From the NCBI GenBank assembly GCA_942491275.1, contig CALNZI010000009.1, positions 21,938-85,937 on the forward strand: a stretch of 64,000 nucleotides of DNA, read 5' to 3'. Source of the DNA: Minisyncoccota bacterium (GTDB taxonomy: Bacteria > Patescibacteriota > Minisyncoccia > Phycocordibacterales > UBA9973). This document shows positions 44,548 through 52,582 of the stretch, piece by piece (position 1 is the stretch's first letter; each line of letters opens with the position of its first letter). The notes under the pieces were generated by a model. The model had not been told where the DNA came from and ran no database searches. It was given only the letters and a program-made list of their open reading frames with translations. A program made the translations under genes and the position numbers.

Positions 44548-44552
44548 TTTAT

Positions 44553-44924
44553 ATGATACAAGACGGAACAATGGTAAATATCACAGATAACGCCGGAGGT
44601 AAGGTGGGAAAGGTTTTCAAGGTGCTTGGTGCATCAAAGAAGCGCTATGCTGGTTTAGGAGAAAAAGTAATTATTTCTGTAAAAGTTGCTGAACCTCGTA
44701 AGGCAGTTAAAAAGAAAGACGTTCACCAGGCTGTTGTTGTTAGAACAGTGAAATCATTTCGTCGAAAGGATGGATCATATATTAGTTTTGATGATAATGC
44801 TGTTGTTATTTTAGAAAGAGACAAAATGGAACCAAAAGGTGGTCGTGTCTTCGGTCCTATTCCACGAGAATTGGCTGAGAAAGGTTATCAGAAGATAATA
44901 TCATTAGCTCAAGAAGTTATTTAA
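44553..44924 (+). CDS. rplN: 50S ribosomal protein L14
   Basis: MIQDGTMVNITDNAGGK...V.V....RK.DGSYISFDDNAVVI. Confidence 0.96.
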   Translation: MIQDGTMVNITDNAGGKVGKVFKVLGASKKRYAGLGEKVIISVKVAEPRKAVKKKDVHQAVVVRTVKSFRRKDGSYISFDDNAVVILERDKMEPKGGRVFGPIPRELAEKGYQKIISLAQEVI

Positions 44925-44929
44925 ATAAT

Positions 44930-45148
44930 ATGAAAATTAAAAAAGGAGACAATGTAATAGTTATCGCCGGATCCTCTAAGGGAAAGAAAGGAAAGGTTAT
45001 TAAAGCTATTCCAACTTTGGACAAAGTTGTTGTGGAAGGAGTAAACATGAGAAAGAAATCCCATAAATCAAAACAGAAAGGCGACCCAAGTCAGATATTA
45101 GAAGTAGCAATGCCTATTCATGTGTCCAATGTAGCTAAACAAAAATAA
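44930..45148 (+). CDS. rplX: 50S ribosomal protein L24
   Basis: MKIKKGDNVIVIAGSSKGKKGKVIKA (KOW motif). Confidence 0.93.
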   Translation: MKIKKGDNVIVIAGSSKGKKGKVIKAIPTLDKVVVEGVNMRKKSHKSKQKGDPSQILEVAMPIHVSNVAKQK

Positions 45149-45154
45149 TTTATT

Positions 45155-45697
45155 ATGGAAACAACAAAACAAAAAGAAAAGAAAGTATTTAATACTCTAA
45201 AGAGTAAATATGGATATAAAAGTACAATGGCTGCACCTCATTTTGTGAAGGTTGTTGTTGCTAGTGGAACTGGAACAGGAATTAAGCGTAACAAAGATTA
45301 TAATGAATTTATCATGGATCGTTTAGCAAAGATTACTGGACAGAAGCCATCAACTCGCAGTGCTAAAAAATCAGTTGCTAGCTTTAAAATTCGTCAAGGA
45401 GATCCAATTGGAGTCATGGTTACCCTTCGTGGGGCAAGAATGTATGGATTTTTAGACAAGCTTATCAACGTAGCGATTCCTCGTACTAAAGATTTTCGCG
45501 GAATAAATCGTAAATCAGTTGATGATATTGGAAATATGACAATGAGTATTAAAGAACATACTATTTTCCCAGAAACAGGAGACGAAGAGCTGAAAGACGT
45601 TTTTGGAATGGCCGTAACTATGGTTACAACTGCTAAAACCAAAGAAGAAGCCACTGACTTCTTTGAAGCAATGGGTGTTCCATTCAAAAAAGCTTAA
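45155..45697 (+). CDS. rplE: 50S ribosomal protein L5
   Basis: AAPHFVKVVV..G.G......I.GQKP......KS.A.FKIR.G.PIG..VTLRG..MY.FLD. Confidence 0.95.
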   Translation: METTKQKEKKVFNTLKSKYGYKSTMAAPHFVKVVVASGTGTGIKRNKDYNEFIMDRLAKITGQKPSTRSAKKSVASFKIRQGDPIGVMVTLRGARMYGFLDKLINVAIPRTKDFRGINRKSVDDIGNMTMSIKEHTIFPETGDEELKDVFGMAVTMVTTAKTKEEATDFFEAMGVPFKKA

Positions 45698-45710
45698 ATT
45701 TAAATACTTT

Positions 45711-45759
45711 AAAAAACCTCCTATTGGTCTGTCTGCGCAGACAGGGAGGTCTTTTTTTT
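45711..45759 (+). terminator. Intrinsic terminator after L5 (splits the spc operon)
   Basis: Nested hairpin ACCTCC..CTGTCTGCGCAGACAG..GGAGGT followed by T8. Confidence 0.85.
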
Positions 45760-45824
45760 ATTTGCTTTAATCTTTTCGGTGTGGTAATTTAAAAGAAAAT
45801 TAGGTATAAATTTAAACATTTTTT

Positions 45825-46355
45825 ATGGAGCCAATTGCAAAAATATTGAGCCCTATAAAAGATGGGGTTCAAGGTATTATTTTAGTAAAAAAAGCAAAGA
45901 GTCTTTTGACCCAAAACTATTTATTGATTCAAGATCATGATGATCGAGGGTTAGGTACTGGAATAAGGAAACTGGGACTTCCTGGGGGTGGAATTGAATA
46001 TCAAGAAACTCCGGATATTGCTTTAGTTAGAGAGATAGAAGAGGAAAGTTCTCTTAATCTTGCTCAAAGTTCTTTAAAATATGAAAAGTTTGGTTGTTAT
46101 ACAAAAATGAGATCCAATGGATTTCCCAATGACAATCATCTTTTTGTTATTAAATTAGATTATTTTCCAGAATTAAAAACGAATGACCCTTTTGAAGTTT
46201 CAAAGGTTGTTGTATTGCAGTTATGGGAAATAATTAATTATTTTCACGAGGGAAGAGTTCATGAGGGGTCCATGAGACTAATCTGCCACTTTTTAAATGG
46301 TACTAAATCTGGCTCTCTCAATGAGCCAGTATCCTTAAGTGGAACGATATTTTAA
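45825..46355 (+). CDS. NUDIX hydrolase
   Basis: Nudix box GGGIEYQETPDIALVREIEEESSL (Gx5Ex7REUxEExxU). Confidence 0.75.
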   Translation: MEPIAKILSPIKDGVQGIILVKKAKSLLTQNYLLIQDHDDRGLGTGIRKLGLPGGGIEYQETPDIALVREIEEESSLNLAQSSLKYEKFGCYTKMRSNGFPNDNHLFVIKLDYFPELKTNDPFEVSKVVVLQLWEIINYFHEGRVHEGSMRLICHFLNGTKSGSLNEPVSLSGTIF

Positions 46356-46407
46356 TAGCCTAAATCTAAAAATGATTTAGGCTATTTATTATGATATACT
46401 TTTCATC

Positions 46408-47094
46408 ATGAAAGCTGTAATTTTATGTGCAGGAGAGGGGAATAGATTAAAACCTTTAACGGAAAAAATCCCCAAACCTCTTATTTTAATAAAAAATAAC
46501 CCCATTTTGTTTTATATTTTTAATTCTTTACCGAAAGAAATAGATGAAGTTTTTTTAGTAATTCAAGAAAAATATTTAGATTTATTTACAAAATTTCTTG
46601 AGAGTTTAAGAATAAAGATTAAAATAAAAATATTATTTCAAGAAAAGAATACAAAAGGAACATATTTTGCTTTAATGTCTGCGAAGAAATTTTTAAAAGA
46701 TGAGAATAGGTTTTTAGTATTAAATGGTGATGATTTGTTTGAAAAAGAAGATGTTGAAATTATTATTAAAATGGATGCTCCTGTTTATGGAATTAGTTAT
46801 AAAAAATCAGATCCAAGATATAAAACCTGTGATTTAGATGTTGAGAGCAAAAAAATTATTTCTTTTAGAAATCAAAAAATAGAAGAAAGGGGTAGAAAAG
46901 TCCCTTGTTTTACAGGCCTTTATGTTTTAACTAAAGATTTTTTTGGTTATCCTCCTGTTTATGTAAAAGAGGAAGCTGGAATACCCCACACTCTTATGGC
47001 TAATAATGAGTCAGTTTCTTATTTGATGTTGAAAAAATGGAGACAAATAAACACCTTAAAAGAACTTAAGGGAATTAAAAAAATATTGACATAA
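46408..47094 (+). CDS. Sugar-phosphate nucleotidyltransferase (NTP_transferase family)
   Basis: MKAVILCAGEGNRLKPLTEKIPKPLI signature. TGaTATACT plus 7 nt lies upstream. Confidence 0.75.
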   Translation: MKAVILCAGEGNRLKPLTEKIPKPLILIKNNPILFYIFNSLPKEIDEVFLVIQEKYLDLFTKFLESLRIKIKIKILFQEKNTKGTYFALMSAKKFLKDENRFLVLNGDDLFEKEDVEIIIKMDAPVYGISYKKSDPRYKTCDLDVESKKIISFRNQKIEERGRKVPCFTGLYVLTKDFFGYPPVYVKEEAGIPHTLMANNESVSYLMLKKWRQINTLKELKGIKKILT

Positions 47095-47114
47095 TAGAGA
47101 CTATTTGCTAGTAT
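47086..47114 (+). promoter_or_regulatory. S14-adk operon promoter TTGACA-N17-TGcTAGTAT
   Basis: Shares TTTGCTAGTAT with the tuf and S19 promoters. Overlaps the last codons of the upstream gene. Confidence 0.65.
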
Positions 47115-47120
47115 GAGAAT

Positions 47121-47230
47121 CACGTGAGACAGGATCCGTTTTTCTCCTTAAGAGATGATGCTTTTAAGAAAAAAAATGAGATATCACCTCACCACTAGTT
47201 ATTCATTGAATTTCTAGGAATTAATTATTT
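47121..47230 (+). promoter_or_regulatory. ~110-nt structured 5' leader of the S14-S8-L6... operon
   Basis: The only long leader in the r-protein cluster. GTGAG...CTCAC closing pairing and a CTTAAGA/TTTTAAG hairpin. Confidence 0.35.
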
Positions 47231-47416
47231 ATGGCAAGAAAATCAGTAATAGCAAGGCACAAGAAGAAATCTAAATTTAGTACTCGAGAAACAAATCGAT
47301 GTTTTCGTTGTGGTCGTGCCCACGGATATATGAGAGATTTTGGACTATGCCGAATTTGTTTTAGAGAATTAGCTAATGAAGGAATGTTACCAGGAGTTAG
47401 AAAATCAAGTTGGTAA
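47231..47416 (+). CDS. rpsZ: 30S ribosomal protein S14 type Z (zinc-binding)
   Basis: 61 aa with [23 protein letters not shown] (CxxC...CxxC). Confidence 0.95.
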   Translation: MARKSVIARHKKKSKFSTRETNRCFRCGRAHGYMRDFGLCRICFRELANEGMLPGVRKSSW

Positions 47417-47428
47417 AATAAAAAATAT

Positions 47429-47815
47429 ATGGATCAAATAGCAAACATGATAAATATGATAAAGACTGGAAACCGCGCAGAACGGGAGTCTGTTGTTGTT
47501 CCTCATTCAAAAATTAAACAAGCTATTGCAGATTGTTTAGTTAAGGAAGGTTACATTAAATCAGCAACGAAGAAAACGAAGAAAGGTTTTCCTGTTCTTG
47601 AAATTGGGTTAGTCTACATTGACGGAGAACCAAAAGTAACTGGAGTTGAAAGAGTTTCTAAATTATCTCGACGTGTTTACGTTGGGGTTAAGGAAATTAG
47701 ACCAACTAGAAATGGTTTTGGCTTAACAGTTATGACTACACCAAAGGGTGTTTTGACAAATAGACAGGCTAGAAAAGAAATGGTTGGGGGTGAAGTTTTA
47801 TTTAAGATTTGGTAA
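47429..47815 (+). CDS. rpsH: 30S ribosomal protein S8
   Basis: DQIANMINMIKTGNRA...GGEVLFKIW. Confidence 0.95.
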   Translation: MDQIANMINMIKTGNRAERESVVVPHSKIKQAIADCLVKEGYIKSATKKTKKGFPVLEIGLVYIDGEPKVTGVERVSKLSRRVYVGVKEIRPTRNGFGLTVMTTPKGVLTNRQARKEMVGGEVLFKIW

Positions 47816-47840
47816 TAATTAATCAGAATATATAAATTAT

Positions 47841-48377
47841 ATGAGTAGAGTAGGAAAACAAACAGTTATAATCCCAAAAGGAACTGAAGTAAAGCTTTCA
47901 GGAACTGTTTTTTCTGTTAAAGGTCCAAAGGGCTCATTGACTCGCGATTTTCCTGGAAACGTTACCATTAAGATAGAAGGAGAGAACATCACTTTTGTTC
48001 CAGGTAAGATTGGTAATCCAACAGTAAACGCTCTCTGGGGAACTTATGCTTCTCATGTGAAGAATATGATTATTGGAGTTACTGAAGGTTATACTAAGAA
48101 GCTTGTTCTAGAGGGAGTTGGTTTTAAATCAGAAGTTGCAGGGAATTCCATAAACTTAGCTTTAGGATTTTCTCATCCCGTTACTGTTAAGATCCCAGAA
48201 GGATTAACTGTAACCGCAGAAAAAAATAATATAATTGTTACAGGAATAGATAAGGAATTGGTAGGGCAATTTACCGCTTCCGTCAGAGCTCTAAGAAAAC
48301 CAGAACCCTACAAAGGTAAAGGATTTCATTATGAAGATGAAGTTGTTCGTCGCAAGCAAGGTAAGAGAGCTGTCTAA
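47841..48377 (+). CDS. rplF: 50S ribosomal protein L6
   Basis: MSRVGKQTVIIPKGTEVK...KPEPYKGKGFHYEDE. Confidence 0.95.
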   Translation: MSRVGKQTVIIPKGTEVKLSGTVFSVKGPKGSLTRDFPGNVTIKIEGENITFVPGKIGNPTVNALWGTYASHVKNMIIGVTEGYTKKLVLEGVGFKSEVAGNSINLALGFSHPVTVKIPEGLTVTAEKNNIIVTGIDKELVGQFTASVRALRKPEPYKGKGFHYEDEVVRRKQGKRAV

Positions 48378-48425
48378 ATTAATTACGAATTAAGAATGAT
48401 CAATTAGGAATTAGAAATTAAGATT

Positions 48426-48767
48426 ATGAATAAAAAAGCAGAAAAAAGAATAAGATTAAAGAAAAAAATTAGGGCAAAGGTAACCGGTACTTCTGAGCGC
48501 CCACGTCTTTCTGTTTTTCGTTCAAATCATTACATTTACGCTCAAATTATTGATGATACAAAAAATAAAACTCTTGTTTCAGTTTCAGATTTGAAAGTAG
48601 AGAAAGGAACTAAAACAGAAAGATCAGCTACAGCAGGAACAGAACTTGCTAAATTGGCTGCGGCAAAAGGTATAAAATTATGTGTTTTTGATCGTAATGG
48701 TTTCAAATACACAGGACGAATAAAAGCTTTAGCTGATTCAGCTCGAACGGCTGGACTTAAATTTTAA
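48426..48767 (+). CDS. rplR: 50S ribosomal protein L18
   Basis: RPRLSVFRSNHYIYAQIIDD...FDRNGFKYTGRIKALADSARTAGLKF. Confidence 0.95.
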   Translation: MNKKAEKRIRLKKKIRAKVTGTSERPRLSVFRSNHYIYAQIIDDTKNKTLVSVSDLKVEKGTKTERSATAGTELAKLAAAKGIKLCVFDRNGFKYTGRIKALADSARTAGLKF

Positions 48768-48777
48768 TAAATAGATT

Positions 48778-49452
48778 ATGGAAACAACAAATACAAAACC
48801 AAATACAAATAATTTCCGGAATAACAAGCCTGGAGGAAACAATGCAAAAGGAGGAAACGGAAATCGAAGATCTCGTACTTTTTTTGAACGCCCAAAACCT
48901 GAATTTGATCAGAAAATAGTTTCCATTCGTAGAGTTACTCGTGTGGTAAAGGGTGGACGTCGTATGACTTTCGCTGTGGCAATGGCCATTGGTGATAAAA
49001 AAGGTTCAATTGGACTTGGAACAGGTAAAGGGGGAGATACTGCTATTGCTATAAATAAAGCTATCCGCCAAGCTAAGAAAAGTATGTTTAAAATCAAAGT
49101 TACAAAAGAAATGTCAATTCCTCATGAAATTTCTGATAAATTCACAAGCTCAAGAGTAACAATGATGCCTAATAAAGGAAGAGGGCTGGTGGCAGGAAGT
49201 ACTGTTCGAGATATGTTGATTCTTGCTGGACTAAAAAATATAACTGCTAAATTGAATTCAGGAAGTAAGAATAAATTAAATAATGCCCGTGTTGCCTATA
49301 AGGCGCTTTATCAACTTAAAGCGAAACCAGCCATTGCTAAGAGTGCAGCTTTTGTTTCAGAAGAAACTTTAGGAGAAAAAACTAATGCAGTGAAGGCTTC
49401 TAAAAAAGAAGTTAAAGAAGTTGAAAAGACTAAAAAAGAAGAAGTAAAATAG
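48778..49452 (+). CDS. rpsE: 30S ribosomal protein S5 (N- and C-terminal extensions)
   Basis: IRRVTRVVKGGRRMTFAVAMAIGDKKGSIGLGTGKG..TAIAINKA. Confidence 0.94.
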   Translation: METTNTKPNTNNFRNNKPGGNNAKGGNGNRRSRTFFERPKPEFDQKIVSIRRVTRVVKGGRRMTFAVAMAIGDKKGSIGLGTGKGGDTAIAINKAIRQAKKSMFKIKVTKEMSIPHEISDKFTSSRVTMMPNKGRGLVAGSTVRDMLILAGLKNITAKLNSGSKNKLNNARVAYKALYQLKAKPAIAKSAAFVSEETLGEKTNAVKASKKEVKEVEKTKKEEVK

Positions 49453-49467
49453 ATTAATTAAAATATT

Positions 49468-49896
49468 ATGGAACTACATACATTAAAAAGAGATAATCCG
49501 AATAAGAAAGCCCGTCAAGTTGGACGTGGTGGAACTCGTGGTAAAACATCTGGACGTGGAATGAAAGGGCAGACAGCTAGAGCTGGTAATAAACGTCGTC
49601 CACAAATACGTGATATGATTAAGAAGTTGCCAAAACTTCGTGGATATCGTTTTTCTTCACATAACACTAAATTCTCAATTGTGAATGTTAGCGCTTTGAA
49701 TATTTTCAAAGATGGAGATGTTGTTAATGGAGATTCTTTATTTAAAAATGACCTTATTCGTAAGGTGGGAGGAACTGTTCCTTCTATAAAGATTTTAGGT
49801 AATGGAGACATCAAGGTTAAAATTTCTGTTGAAAAATGTACTGTTTCAAAAAGTGCCCGCGAAAAAATAGAGAAAGCTGGTGGCACAATTAAATAA
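49468..49896 (+). CDS. rplO: 50S ribosomal protein L15
   Basis: VGRGGTRGKTSGRGMKGQTARAGN. Follows S5 directly (no L30). Confidence 0.94.
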   Translation: MELHTLKRDNPNKKARQVGRGGTRGKTSGRGMKGQTARAGNKRRPQIRDMIKKLPKLRGYRFSSHNTKFSIVNVSALNIFKDGDVVNGDSLFKNDLIRKVGGTVPSIKILGNGDIKVKISVEKCTVSKSAREKIEKAGGTIK

Positions 49897-49899
49897 ATT

Positions 49900-51171
49900 A
49901 TGGAAACCATTTTAAATAAGTTAAAAATGTTGTTAACTGACAAGACGCTTAGAAACCGCATCTTGTTTATTTTGGGTGCCATGGTTATTTTCCGATTACT
50001 TTCTGCTGTTCCAATTCCTGGAGTTGACGCACTTAAGCTGCAGGCTTTTTTGAGCAACAATCAGTTTCTAGGAGTTCTAAATATTTTTTCGGGAGGAGGA
50101 CTTTCAACTTTTTCAATTATGATGCTTGGAGTTGGTCCATACATTACCGCTTCAATTATAATGCAGCTTTTAACTATCATGTCTCCGAAGCTGAAAGCTA
50201 TGTATCAAGAGGATGGTGAAATTGGACGTAAGAAATTTACTCAATTGAGTCGTTATTTAACTGTTCCTCTAGCCCTTATCCAAGGTGTTGCCTTTTTAGC
50301 TCTTCTAAGGAAACAGGGAATCATTGTTGATATGTCTTTCATGAGTACTTTTGCAAATCTATCAGTTATCGTTGCTGGTTCAATTTTAATAATGTGGATT
50401 GGAGAATTAATTTCTGAATTTGGTATTGGTAATGGTGTTTCATTTATTATTTTTGCCGGAATCGTTGCTAGTATTCCAAAACAGGTTTCTCAGTTTTTCT
50501 TTACATTCGATACAGCAAGTATTCCTTTATATCTTCTTTTCACAGCCATTGGAATGTTAATCATTGCTGGAGTTGTTATTATTAGTGAAGCTGAAAGGCC
50601 GATCCCAGTTACCTATGCAAAACAAGTTCGGGGAGATAATGTATCTGGAGGAACTCAAACTTATTTGCCCATTCGAGTTAATCAATCTGGAGTTATGCCA
50701 ATTATTTTCGCCCTTTCTATTTTAATGTTTCCTCAATTGGTAGGAACTTTTTTAGCAACATCAGATAGTGGTGTCTTGCAGGCAATTTCTCGTGGATTAC
50801 TTTGGTTTGTTCAAAATGTTTGGCTATACTCATTTGTTTACTTTATTTTTGTTTTTCTATTTACTTACTTCTATACAGCTGTTACCTTTGATCCAAAACA
50901 AATTTCAACTAATCTTCAGAAAAATGGAGCTTTTGTTCCTGGCGTTCGTCCAGGAGAAGCTACTCGAGAATATCTAGCCAGAATACTTAACCGTATAACT
51001 ACAATGGGGGCTGTATTCCTTGGAATAATTGCTGTCTTGCCACTGGCCATGAGAGCAATTACTGGAATTTCTTCTTTTGCTATTGGAGGTACGGCGCTTC
51101 TGATTGTGGTGGCCGTTGTTCTTGATTTACTTAAAAAGATTGATGCTCAGCTCTCCATGAGAGAATATTAA
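49900..51171 (+). CDS. secY: Preprotein translocase subunit SecY
   Basis: 10-TM protein. LGVGPYITASIIMQLL, GNGVSFIIFAGI. Confidence 0.96.
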   Translation: METILNKLKMLLTDKTLRNRILFILGAMVIFRLLSAVPIPGVDALKLQAFLSNNQFLGVLNIFSGGGLSTFSIMMLGVGPYITASIIMQLLTIMSPKLKAMYQEDGEIGRKKFTQLSRYLTVPLALIQGVAFLALLRKQGIIVDMSFMSTFANLSVIVAGSILIMWIGELISEFGIGNGVSFIIFAGIVASIPKQVSQFFFTFDTASIPLYLLFTAIGMLIIAGVVIISEAERPIPVTYAKQVRGDNVSGGTQTYLPIRVNQSGVMPIIFALSILMFPQLVGTFLATSDSGVLQAISRGLLWFVQNVWLYSFVYFIFVFLFTYFYTAVTFDPKQISTNLQKNGAFVPGVRPGEATREYLARILNRITTMGAVFLGIIAVLPLAMRAITGISSFAIGGTALLIVVAVVLDLLKKIDAQLSMREY

Positions 51172-51232
51172 AAAGAGTCCTTCAGAGGGCTCTTTTTTTG
51201 TTGTCTGACTAATTTAGTGTATAATGTCACAC

Positions 51233-51826
51233 ATGACTAAACCATATACATTTATGTTTTTTGGAATCGTTGGATCTGGGAAAGGTACTCAGGTTTCGCT
51301 TTTAGAAAAATATCTAAAAGATAAAGAAATTTCAAAAGATGTTCTTTCCACTTCAACTGGATCTGAATATCGAAAAATAATTGAAAGCAAAAATTATACA
51401 GGAAGAATAGTCAAGGATCGTGTTAATGATGGAATATTACAGCCAGATTTTTTGACCATTAGTATTTTTACAAACATTCTTGTTTCTTCTCTTGAAGAAA
51501 ACACTTCATTCATTACAGATGGTTTTCCAAGAACAATTCCTCAATCCGAAGCTTTTGAGAAAGCCATGGAATTTTATAATAGAGACAATGTTCATATTGT
51601 GTATGTAGAACTTTCAAAAGAAGAAGCAATAAAAAGAATGAAATTAAGAGGGAGAGAAGATGATACTGACGAAGGAATTGCTCAACGATTCGAGGAATAC
51701 ACCAATAATGTAATTCCTTCGATGAATTATTTTAAGGATAAAAAAGGATATACTTTACATATTATAAACGGAGAACAGACCATTGAAGAAGTCCACTCTG
51801 ATATTATTAAGTCTTTACAATTGTAA
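51233..51826 (+). CDS. adk: Adenylate kinase (short-lid type)
   Basis: P-loop GIVGSGKGTQ, DGFPRT, RGREDDT. Start set at MTKPYTF (TATAAT at 51220-51225 plus 7 nt); the ORF-track ATG at 51224 lies inside the -10 box. Confidence 0.88.
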   Translation: MTKPYTFMFFGIVGSGKGTQVSLLEKYLKDKEISKDVLSTSTGSEYRKIIESKNYTGRIVKDRVNDGILQPDFLTISIFTNILVSSLEENTSFITDGFPRTIPQSEAFEKAMEFYNRDNVHIVYVELSKEEAIKRMKLRGREDDTDEGIAQRFEEYTNNVIPSMNYFKDKKGYTLHIINGEQTIEEVHSDIIKSLQL

Positions 51827-51828
51827 TT

Positions 51829-52515
51829 ATGCAGGATAGAAAACATATTATAGTATCCCTTGGAGGATCTCTTATAGTACCAGATGCTATTGATACTGAT
51901 TTTTTGAAAAACTTTGTTTCTTTAATTAAAGAATATGTTGAAAAAGGATTTTATTTTGTAATTATTACAGGAGGAGGAAAAACATGTCGAAGGTACAATG
52001 ATTCCCTTGAACAAATAATAAAGCCAACTAACGAAGATTTAGATTGGTTAGGAATTACCACCACTCGTTTGAATGCTGAATTAGTTAGGATTTGTTTTGG
52101 GGACTTAGCTTATGAAAAAATATCCCTTGATCCAGATTTAATACCCAAAACAGACAGACCGGTTATTGTTGGAGGAGGATGGAGGGTAGGTAATAGTAGC
52201 GATTTGGCAGCTATTCATTCAGCTGTTCAAGTTGGAGCTAAAAAAGTAATTAACCTTTCAAATATTGATTATCTTTATGATAAAGACCCAAAGGTCTATC
52301 CCGATGCAAAGATAGTGGAGAAGAGCTCCTGGCTTCAATTTAGGGCAATTTTACCGGATAGTTGGGTTCCAGGGAGTAATTCTCCTTTTGATCCTGTGGC
52401 TGCAGAAAAAGCAGAAAAGGAAGACCTAGAAGTTGCCATCATGAATGGAAAAAACATAGAAAATCTTAAAAATTATTTAGACGGAAAAGATTTTATTGGA
52501 TCAGTAATTAAATAG
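51829..52515 (+). CDS. pyrH: Archaeal-type uridylate kinase-like amino-acid-kinase family protein
   Basis: HIIVSLGGSLIVP...VIITGGGKTCRRY...VIVGGGWRVGNSSD. ~228 aa as in archaeal PyrH. Confidence 0.65.
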   Translation: MQDRKHIIVSLGGSLIVPDAIDTDFLKNFVSLIKEYVEKGFYFVIITGGGKTCRRYNDSLEQIIKPTNEDLDWLGITTTRLNAELVRICFGDLAYEKISLDPDLIPKTDRPVIVGGGWRVGNSSDLAAIHSAVQVGAKKVINLSNIDYLYDKDPKVYPDAKIVEKSSWLQFRAILPDSWVPGSNSPFDPVAAEKAEKEDLEVAIMNGKNIENLKNYLDGKDFIGSVIK

Positions 52516-52582
52516 AAACTTTAAAAGCAAACAAATTCCTGAAAATTCGGGAATTTGTTTGTTTTTTTGGTATAATTTGTAA

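Noticed and set aside
49515-50060. A 181-aa ORF antisense to L15/SecY, and many similar antisense ORFs (e.g. 4301-4507, 4995-5243, 8870-9157, 12884-13288, 22516-22839, 28192-28491, 33741-33980, 43391-43642).
   Set aside because: Each lies fully inside a well-supported conserved gene on the other strand. They are low-complexity and lack start signals.
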